From NCBI GenBank assembly GCA_044892525.1, contig CM097885.1, positions 28,088,001 to 28,152,000 on the forward strand: a stretch of DNA of 64,000 nucleotides, given 5' to 3'. Both the position numbers and the translations under genes were made by a program. The stretch's first letter is position 1; each line of letters begins with the position of its first letter. This stretch comes from Schmidtea polychroa (lineage: Eukaryota). Positions 54,745-64,000 of this stretch are shown in pieces. The notes beneath the pieces were generated by a model. That model ran no database searches and was not told where the DNA came from. It saw only the letters and a program-made list of their open reading frames with translations.

Positions 54745-55599
54745 TTTGAAAGCAGAGAGAAATTTACAAACCTTTCTATACTTCCATTTCGGAACCTCAG
54801 ATAATTCTTTCTCATCTACAAATGAAAAAAACGGAAGACTTTTTCTTTTCCCAATGTAAACTTAATATTGAAATGAAACCCATTGATCGCTTTAATAATT
54901 TATTAATTAAACACAGCTATTACGTCATTATCGGTTTGATAATTTTTATGCTTAAGGTGATTTTTTCACGATTTATCCCGAGTCTCGCAACGTTTTTTAA
55001 AACGTCCCGACTTTTAGAATTAAGTTAAATTTTATATTTATGAAAATCATTGTTTTGCATTCTAAGAATCCTACGAACTACTAATACTAACATATTTCTT
55101 TTCTTACCCAGTTACATTGTATTTGTTTCTCAGATGATACACTTCGTGTTCGTACTACGTGCTAGGAAGCTAATTAAACAAATAAATATTACAAATCTGC
55201 TACTTACCATAGAAAATTAAGGTAAGTAATTTATTTATAAATTTCATAAATACATTAATTTTCTTAAACTTAGCTTAAAATACTCGTAGTCCTCAATTTT
55301 ATATTGATAACAAAAAGTATATCATTGACCCTAATTTTAAAAGAAATTTTAGAAAGAAATATAAAAATAAAATTTTGTAAATATTTTAAGTTAATCAAAC
55401 TAATAATATGTCAAGGAATAAAATATTATACAATTTTTTATATTTATAAATTGTACTTATGTTAAAATTCAAAAAATATTACCATATTATTTTTATTCTA
55501 TATGAAAATTTTTGTTGATACCCCTCTCCTTCAAAGTTGTTCCGCTGATGATATCTTACTATATTATTCATCAAATATTATTTTGCAAGATTCTCCTCT

Positions 55600-56750
55600 A
55601 TACCCATTAAAACATAAAAGTAACAAGAACGAAATGCAAATAAACCCAAAACTTTATTGGGCAAAAATATGTAAAACGATTCAAACAAAATTTATTAAAC
55701 TCGGAATTTTTTTATTTGGATATGAAAAGATCAGATTGTAAATTATTTATCAAAGCTGATTGTTCTAAAAATTACATTAAAATATTTTACAAATATCCCA
55801 TAAATCTTTACAAATTCTTCCATAAGTACCAATCTGCGCTGCGAGCGGTCTAATATTTCCTGCTTACTGTTTTTCTCAGATTTACTCTTTTGCAAGTTGT
55901 TTTGATTTTTTTCAACAAAACTTATTTTCTAACTCGATATCATTGAAATTGGTTTCTCGAGACTTTGACATGTTTCTTTCGTTTCTTACCTATTGAAATA
56001 TTATTCGAATAGTTGGAAAACAAATGACTTACCAGATTTTCAAATCTTTCCGATTTGAATTTTTCCCCTTTCAATCGAATGTCCAACTTTATTTAGGAGG
56101 CTTGAAATATCTGATAGGATCTTGGTTTCATTGGTTTGCAATTCAATATTGAGAATGTTTTTGGCAATAAGGTTGTCTTTCAGTCTTTGAATGGTTCGTT
56201 CAGAGTTCCTGAAATTTCTAGGTATTGGAATTCCATCAAATATTATATCGAAACGTCGCTGGAACATAGATTACCTATTCGAAAGCTTGGGTATTATTTT
56301 CCTTGAATTCGTCACTGTCCACCTCGGTATTAGAATCGAGTAAAATGTTGTTATTGAATTTTTTACTCTCTTGGTTTTTAATTTTTTCCCTACATCTTTA
56401 ACAAGATTTTCTAAGTTATTTACGTCAAATCAATTTTTTTGATAATTCTAATTTTATCCTCGAGTTACGAAGACAATATTTGATTCGTATTAGAAAGATC
56501 TTTATTAACATCAGTCAAATTATCAATCTTTGTTTCTGATTCAGAAAGTTAAGAAGTTAAACTCTTTCAAACGTCTTCGTATGAGACCACGTTTTAGGTT
56601 TGGCTCGTTTCTGAAATAAGCCTTTGTGTTTGTTTTACTAGTTGTTTGAAAAGCCTTTCTAATTCTTCATTCTGTTGATGTACCACTTTGATCTCTAATA
56701 TTTGTTCCACATATTTGGCCTCCAAACTTTTGTCATGATCAAAAATTCTT
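55600..56750 (-). pseudogene. Degenerate coiled-coil-rich ORF, possibly a Polinton accessory gene
   Basis: Broken minus-strand reading frames (e.g. 56040-56267) co-oriented with and downstream of the integrase/capsid cluster. Confidence 0.3.
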
Positions 56751-56759
56751 TAATTTAAT

Positions 56760-57312
56760 CAGTGGCGTACGGTGGATGTTAATATTGGGTGTGCTTAAAA
56801 AAACATACATTTTTTCATTTTTTATTTAGGTAAAATAAACATCAAATAAACATATAAATAAACATCAAACCTAATTTAAAATATTATTATATAAAAATAT
56901 CAGATTTCAAATAAACATAAAACTATAATTATTTATATATAAAATTTTACTATATAATTTTTTTATATATAATTTTACTACTGAGCGCTGCCAGCGGACA
57001 GATCGACTTGAGCAGTTAAATCTCGGAACAATTTACATGAGTCACCGTCCGCGCGCACAGTTGAAGAGCCACAAGCGTTGTTATATAGCCGTTGCTCGCG
57101 CGCAAACGTTCCGAGCGACTGACAAATATCAATGCACACTATTCACGCGCTCACAAATACAAGCGCTTACAAATACTACTGTATGGCATATAGTGTATGC
57201 AAAACAATATGGTCGCTTTATGCCCTAAATTTTCTAAATTTCTAAATTTATATTTTAGATGGTTTTGCGGGTGTGCGCCGCACACCTAGCACACCCTGAA
57301 TATACGCCCCTG
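56760..57312. mobile_element. hAT MITE
   Basis: TIR CAGTGGCGTA/TACGCCCCTG; 8-bp TSD AATTTAAT. Confidence 0.88.
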
Positions 57313-58369
57313 AATTTAATTAGTTATCAAACAAATTTTATAAAAAATTTTTGCAAAATAACATTCAATATTTTAAGATTTTTAAAATTAAAAATTTGGT
57401 CAAATAAATATATTTTTAAATTTTAATAAATTTGAAAGAAGATTAAAAATTACATAATTAATTAAATGAATTTATAAAACTATAAATAAAATTTATTTTT
57501 AGTGTTTTAAGGGATTTAAAAATTAATTTATTATTAAAGCCATCCTATAATAAATTCAATTATTTTAATCTAACTGATTAATATTAGCTCTATTTAGCAT
57601 GGAATTAAAATATTATATTAATATTTATAATATTATTATCAAATTTATTTACACGATCTTTTATAATTGTTTAAATACTTTCTGTTGAATTGTTTATACG
57701 TATCCATGACAACCGAGAAGTCTTAGATAATTTAATCAATAAAATAAATTATATATTAATATTATCTTTTTTGACAGTTCATATTTAATGTTTCATTAAT
57801 AGTTTCGAATCAGTGAAAAAAAAGACGGGCCCAAAAATTATCGGGACCCCCAGTAAAAAAAATTATTATTAAACTTTGAAAATAACTTACGACATGTTGA
57901 GTGTGACCAGTACCCTTGTGAGCAATACCCATAGGGGGACAAAATATCTTGTCGGATAAACTCAGAGTATACCTTTTGTTTGATATACATATTATAAGGT
58001 TTGTAAAATTCGAAAGTTTTAACCCTTTGAAGGTTATTGACCCACCATAAACCTTCGAGAGTCTGACTAAAAATGACCTCTAAATGACCTTTTTTCGCTG
58101 ATCCATAGTACCGAGTGACATTTTCAAAATCTTGTCAACCACAACAAATAATTTTAATAAATTAATTGGAATATAAAACTATAAAATATATATTAATGGG
58201 TAAGGTGACAGAATTTAGATAATTTTTAATTTCCCTCACCCAGGGCCGGCTGTGGGTTTTTCAGGGCCTCGGGAAAATATTATATTCGGGCCTCCTTCCC
58301 AAATGATACATGAACTTAATTTTAGCAATTGGCGATGGTCGATCAAATATACACAATTAGGATTTGATA

Positions 58370-58694
58370 CAAATCATTTTGCAAATATAGTTCTATGTAC
58401 TTTCATTCGTTTGAATATACTCCATGTCTTTAATGTTTTGGAGCATGAGCTGAGGCTTGGGGCGCATCTTTTTGAAAAAGCGTTTGATTTTGGGGATGGT
58501 AATAATTTCTGTTCATTCATAATCACATCTTTAGCAGTTTTCATGCCAAAACTACCAATACGTTTAAGAATAGGAAGTGCAAATCTCCCAATTGTTCACA
58601 ACCAACCTGATTCGTACTGTTTACTAACGAAATATGGTAATTCACCGCCAGATTGGCTATCACTATACATATTAATAATATCTGAATTAGCCAT
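58370..58694 (-). pseudogene. Polinton PW-like small virion core protein remnant
   Basis: MANSDIINMYSDSQSGGELPYFVSKQYESGWL*TIGRFALPILKRIG has the Y..Q.GG..P.F....Q.(G).G pattern plus an amphipathic helix. Its start overlaps the stop of the capsid gene. Confidence 0.6.
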
Positions 58695-59702
58695 CTACTT
58701 TACGAAAATGTAATGTCAAATGAGTTTTTGAATCTTTTGGAAAGTTTATAAGTTTTCCACTATCATCATGAAGATTTATTTCTATATTGTTTATATATGA
58801 GCTTGAAATTAGTAAATACGTTGGATTATCGATATTTATATTGACAACTTCATTCTGTTCATATTTTCCAATCCATACCAATTTCAACAAAGAAACACTT
58901 GAATCACCAACAATTATGAGCTCAATAAAGTTAGTATATATGAACATTTGTTGATGATGTTCAAGAATTCTTGGTTTACATATACCAGTTGATTTTTCCC
59001 GATATTTTTGCTTCTCTGATCCAAGTGTATTTGTCAAATTTTTATCAAATGTAACTTCGCAAATGTCATCATTCAAATTGAAGGTAAACAACAAATCTTT
59101 GACAATGTCCAAATTTTTAAATATGTGTGAACAATTGAACTTTAAATATTTAAGTAGCACATCGAGTTTATTAAAATATAATTCATCAGCAAAAGTGAAT
59201 GATTTTTTAACTTCATTATTATACGACAAAGATATTTTTAATTTTTCTTTCATTACACTGTTTGCTTCAAATAGAATAATGCGTAATAAATATTCTGTTT
59301 CCTTAATATCATTTTTCAACTTATTGCAACCCATTCGTTTGGCATCTTCAATATTTTCGAATGTTATTGTAAATGGTTAAAAATCACAACCGATATTTAA
59401 TCCATCCTTGTAAAATATATAGCAATGCAAATCTAATATTTGATTCGGAATATGATGTTTTATCATAATTACTGATAATAAAGATACCGCTACATTTTTT
59501 GTAGAACATTTCTTTTGAAATCAATCTTACATTGACTATAAAATGGGAATGTGTTGTACACAAATGTAAAATCTTGCAGTGCAACTTCCCAGTCATCATT
59601 TAAAGAAATCGGATTCTGGAGATTGACCATGAATTTGCTGGCTTGATTGTCTGGATGAATTAATGGACAACTGTTGCTCTGTAAAATAGTATAAAAATTC
59701 AC
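58687..59702 (-). pseudogene. Polinton minor capsid (PX/penton-like) gene, frameshifted
   Basis: N-term FYTILQSNS...PDN..SKF.V.L..PI.L..DWEVAL; C-term IYTNFIE..IVGD...LL...IEINLHDDSGKLINF....LTLHFR. Confidence 0.8.
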
Positions 59703-60313
59703 TTTACTAGGTCTTTTTCGGATATCCACGATGGGTTTTGAAATCCATGCCATTTGACGTAGTATTGTTTATCCTTGCCGACCATTTTAGTTTTCAATAT
59801 TCTTTGAATTCTAAATACTTTAGGAGGAGAAACGACTTGTAATTCTTGTTTATAAAATTTCCCTTGTACAATATTATTATCATAGTCTTTGATGACATTC
59901 ATTACAAGACTCTGGTTAATATTTATTTTCGAAATTACAAAGACTTCATCACTCCAATTTGTATCAAATTTTTAATAAATGGTGATGCATTAATTTTTTA
60001 TTTTCTAGCATAATCACAAATTTTATATTTGGGGTTTGTATTTTTTACAGGTTTTTTAGAATTCACTGAATTCAATTGGTCTAAATCCATTCAGTCCTCG
60101 ATGTGATTTATGTTTGTAACTGGTTATTATTTTTGGTAAAACATTTATCCATTTTTTATTACCTTGATGTACAAACAATTTCTTTAATCTATCTCTCAAT
60201 GTTCGGTTAAATCTTTCAACATTGGTGGCTTTGTATCGAGAATGTACAGAGTAATGATTTATTTTCAATTTACTGAGGATTGGTTTGACTTTACTGTTGT
60301 AGAATTCTTTACC

Positions 60314-60314
<1 letters not shown>
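59699..60314 (-). pseudogene. Polinton retroviral-like integrase with C-terminal chromodomain, 5'-truncated
   Basis: GKEFYN, KATNVERFNRTL, W...LP.I...Y....H; chromodomain FRIQRILK......YYVKWHGF...SWI. Confidence 0.88.
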
Positions 60315-60395
<81 letters not shown>

Positions 60396-60665
60396 TCTCC
60401 TGCACGCGTTAATATCTTTAAAGCTAATAATGATAATAAGGATATCTATAAATCACATGAAAGGTCTTGCACTGTACCTTAAAATAAGCCATCAATCAAT
60501 AAAGTCCGTTGGTAAGAACACTAAAATGTAGGGTGAAACAAAGTAGGGGCCCTTAGGATCACTTTAAAAAATTTGACCATGAAAAAAATTTTTTTTAGAT
60601 AGCGGGAGGGTCATATGTGATCCAGTGAGCCCCTGATCCAGATGGCCCCAATCCATTTACTAATT
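60315..60665 (-). mobile_element. Helentron/Helitron-like insertion with an (AAT)n tract, truncating the integrase
   Basis: (AAT)n at 60315-60393. The ggccatctgg...catatgacc motif is shared with the 15825-16138 repeat. Confidence 0.45.
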
Positions 60666-61590
60666 AAAAAGTCACAGATGGAAAAATATTGTTAAATCTA
60701 TCATTGATATTGTCTGAACCGGGATCATGGTGTATTCCATACATTTCATTATCAACAAGATTATTAGGGTCTGTCCTAGGTAATATTCCAATATCATCGT
60801 CAACATCAATGACATCAACTCCTATATAATGACCGAATATATAACTTGAATTTTTTCCCACCCAGGCGCGCTTATTGTCGTTATTTGTTACGACAATATT
60901 TGAATTTTTAAACGTGAGAAGCTAATGATTCCGGGTTCCTGTTCTAGACTGCGTTACTGAAAGAATCTGATTGTTATTATAACAATCTAGATATGATTGA
61001 TGGTTAATCTATGTCTAAAGTAATTTTACCATCTTAACCTTCATAGCTAATTTGTTTCCTAAGAGGCTATAAGATTTTTGGTGCAAGAAAACCCACTCCT
61101 GATATTTAATTCCTTCACTCTCATCTTTGAACAAGAAATAGAACAATAAGCAAAGTAAATAGTAAATCTATATTCTTTTTTATTGTTAACCTCCTCTCTT
61201 GGTCCTCAATCAAACTGGATCTCCAAAGATTTATGGAGTGCTCAGTCGTATATTTGCCAAATACTCCTAGTCCTATTTCCATGGAAATTCACAAAACTTA
61301 GTTATGAAATTGAATCACTCTAACTAAGTATTTCTAGCCCCGTAGTCTTTGTGGCAAAAGTAACTGCTGAATATTTACTCAACTAAGTTTTAATAACCAA
61401 TTTCAAGGACACAAGTGCCCAGGGAAAGCTCCCCGCAAAACTTATTGTAAAATAGTAAAAGAATATTCAAAATTATTTATAAAATATTTTAATTAAACTT
61501 TTTATCCAATGAAAATTATAAAAAATGAATAATATAAAATAATTTTTACAATTATAAAATTTAAACCTTATTTATTAAAACAAACAAAAA

Positions 61591-62409
61591 ATGATTTATA
61601 ACGAACAATATAAATTCATTTCCTTACTTCAAAAGAGTTTCAAGAGTATAATTTACGTAGCCGAGAACCATTCAAACAAAAACCGGGCCCATAAAACAGT
61701 TGTTATTAAAAGTGTGGACAAAAGTGTAGGACGTTTGTTCATAAAAGATGAAATGTATCCATTTCCAATACCCAAAGAAATGTATTTTATCAACCTTATT
61801 AATGATGAAAAGCTCTGTCCGAAAATTCTTGATTGTTTTCAGGATGAAAAAAAGTTTTCAATTGTTATGGAAAATCTAAACGGAAATTGGATAAATTTGT
61901 TTGACTTTGTTGTAATGAAAATACAAAAAGAAAATATTGTCAAAATATATATGAGAAATATCGTCAAAGCTTTATCAAAATTTAACAGTAAAGGTATTTA
62001 TCATCTGGATGTCAAACCTGAAAATATCATGATCAATCAAGCTAATTACCAAATAAAATTTATCGATTTCGAATGTGCCCTTAATGATCATATAAACAAA
62101 AATCCAAAATATGACATTTTTGTTGGTACTGTTGGATGTTCAAGCCATAACGCTGTCAAAGGTCTGACATACGATGTGAAGAAAAATATGGTTTTTGAAA
62201 TCGGCAGTTTAATGTATTATTGCATTGAAGGGAAAGATATGTTGAAATTTGAAGATGATAATTATGTCAAATGCAATTCTTATTATAAATGTTCCAAATG
62301 TGCTGAAAATTTAATTGAAAAATGTTTGTCTTACAGAGAAAATGATAGAATAAAATTAACTAAAATCATAAAATGTAGCTGGTTTAATAATAAAAGTTCG
62401 ATAAAATAA
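61591..62409 (+). CDS. Intronless divergent Ser/Thr kinase (PIM/CAMK-like fold), 272 aa
   Basis: VVIK, P.E, IVME, YHLDVKPENIMI, IDFE, VGT, CL....R. Gly loop, DFG and APE motifs are non-canonical. Confidence 0.85.
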   Translation: MIYNEQYKFISLLQKSFKSIIYVAENHSNKNRAHKTVVIKSVDKSVGRLFIKDEMYPFPIPKEMYFINLINDEKLCPKILDCFQDEKKFSIVMENLNGNWINLFDFVVMKIQKENIVKIYMRNIVKALSKFNSKGIYHLDVKPENIMINQANYQIKFIDFECALNDHINKNPKYDIFVGTVGCSSHNAVKGLTYDVKKNMVFEIGSLMYYCIEGKDMLKFEDDNYVKCNSYYKCSKCAENLIEKCLSYRENDRIKLTKIIKCSWFNNKSSIK

Positions 62410-63155
62410 AAATTTTGAAAATATTTGTTTTAATATTATTTTTTTATATTTTTATTTAATTTATTTATATTTTTAAAAGTTCCATAAAATAAAAATTTTG
62501 AAAATACTTGTTTTAATATTATAATCAATATTGCATCATTATTTGTGTGGAATTTTGTTTTTACTGTTATCTGAATATCGACTTTCACTTTCGAATGTAA
62601 TTATCAAATTTAATCAACGATTTCTTTGCAAACTGTTATACTATATTAAATTATTTTTAAACACATTTAATTTAAATACTGTTAATTTAATAGTGAAATA
62701 AACATAACTGTTATAATAATAATATGTAATAATGAAATTTATTATTATTTAATTTCAGGAATTGTTGTGTTTAATAATTGTTATGAATAATATAGAAATC
62801 ACTTTTAAAAATTGTATCGGGACTGCTGGGGTGATTGTGTGAACTAACACTAATAAAAAAGAACAATTGACGTACCAAAATAATAGGCAATCATGAATTG
62901 AATTAAATGAATTTTCATATTTTTCGTAATTTTAATTAACAAGTATATTTTAATTTTTAATTAATTTTTTGTAATTCTATATAATAATAATTTACTATAG
63001 AGAATTAAACTATATAGTGTTTTTATTCCAAGAAGATAGATAACGCTAATAAAAATGACAATAATAATAAAATTAACAACTATTATTGAATTATTAGAAA
63101 GTGACATTCAAACATACGTTTAACGATATATTTGCAACATTTTGCAACGATATAT

Positions 63156-63213
63156 TTTGCAACATTTTTACCCCCCCCACCCCTATTGCTCTTGCGGGCT
63201 ACTAACTACCTAC

Positions 63214-63214
<1 letters not shown>
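63156..63214 (-). mobile_element. Polinton right terminal inverted repeat
   Basis: Minus strand reads AGTAGGTAGTTAGTAGCCCGCAAGAGCAATAGGGG...GTAAAAATGTTGCAAA. Confidence 0.75.

Positions 63215-63277
<63 letters not shown>
63215..63277. repeat. (ATA)21 microsatellite between two Polinton termini
   Basis: Pure 63-nt run. Confidence 0.95.
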
Positions 63278-63278
<1 letters not shown>

Positions 63279-64000
63279 GTAGGTAGTTAGTAGCCGGCGG
63301 GAGCAATAGGGGGGGGGGGGGGGTAAAAATGTTGCAAACTTTTGATTGCATAATTTTTTCCGTAGACATTTTTTGATTACATAATTGTTGCCGTACGCTC
63401 CAATGTTTTTTTTTCTGGGATTTTAAATACAAAAAATTTTTTTTTTCAATAAACAAGCCAAGGATAAATATTATTTGGGTGGGTCTCCTTGGTCCTGAGA
63501 ATTTCAATAGAAAAAAGTAGTCTTCAGTAAAAAAGCATGGATTTTTCAGACTATAGTGAGGGGGTCTTCTTGGTCCTGAGAATTTCAATAGAAAAGGTGG
63601 TTTACAATTAAAAACACAAAAATAGCACTAACTAACAAAGATGACAAAAGGGTTTGGGTAGGGAAAAATACTAGTCTTGCATATGGGCATGTAAGATTAA
63701 GTGAATTAAATATTGGAGAAATTGTTGGAGAAGAAAATGATGAAAATGTTGGAGAAATTGTTGGAGAAGAATTTGATGAAAATGTTGGAGAAGATGAGGA
63801 AGAATTTAATGAAGATGTTGGAGAAGATTTTGGAGAAGATGATATTGATATCGATGACGTTATTTTGTCTGATGAGGACTAATTTTATTAAATAAAAGTT
63901 TATATCTATACATTTGTTATTTGTTTGGTAAATTTTTATGTTTGTTATGTGTATAGTTCATTTTTATGTGTTTAGTTAATGTTTATATGTTTTGTTATGT
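63278..64000 (+). mobile_element. Left end of a second, internally deleted Polinton
   Basis: Starts AGTAGGTAGTTAGTAGCC, followed by a duplicated ggtct..ttggtcctgagaatttcaatagaaaa block (63482, 63563) and then a PolB C-terminus. Confidence 0.75.
63601..63882 (+). pseudogene. C-terminal fragment of a second pPolB with an acidic repeat tail
   Basis: FTIKNTKIALTNKDDKRVWVGKNTSLAYGHVRL matches the pPolB terminal K.AL...DDKR......AYGH motif, followed by VGE(E/D)-type repeats to TAA 63880-63882. This frame is absent from the ORF track. Confidence 0.8.

Noticed and set aside
63713..63895. Track ORF MEKLLEKKMMK...
   Set aside because: Wrong frame; the overlapping frame carries the PolB C-terminal motif and acidic tail.

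Overview
Very AT-rich eukaryotic (animal-like) genomic DNA with tiny 41-66 nt GT-AG introns and (AT)n/(AAT)n microsatellites. A flatworm/planarian origin is plausible but cannot be proven from the sequence. The window is mostly mobile DNA. Host genes that can be reconstructed are a NAK-family (AAK1/BMP2K-like) kinase on the minus strand (ATG at 16827, running off the left edge) and the 3' exons of an unknown gene near 33.6-34.1 kb. Mobile elements include an intact piggyBac, a young full-length Gypsy with 152-bp LTRs, many hAT/pogo/Merlin/Helitron/BEL remnants and MITEs, and several Polinton/Maverick (adintovirus-like) pieces. Most notable: (1) a Polinton protein-primed DNA polymerase gene split by six spliceosomal introns, all phase 1 and all in the N-terminal part, with its start codon apparently assembled by splicing, lying inside an intron of the host kinase; (2) two related Polinton termini back-to-back around an (ATA)21 microsatellite. 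The left element carries integrase, minor-capsid and PW-like remnants plus an intronless kinase. The right one is internally deleted down to a PolB C-terminus. All calls are manual motif recognition; no searches were run.
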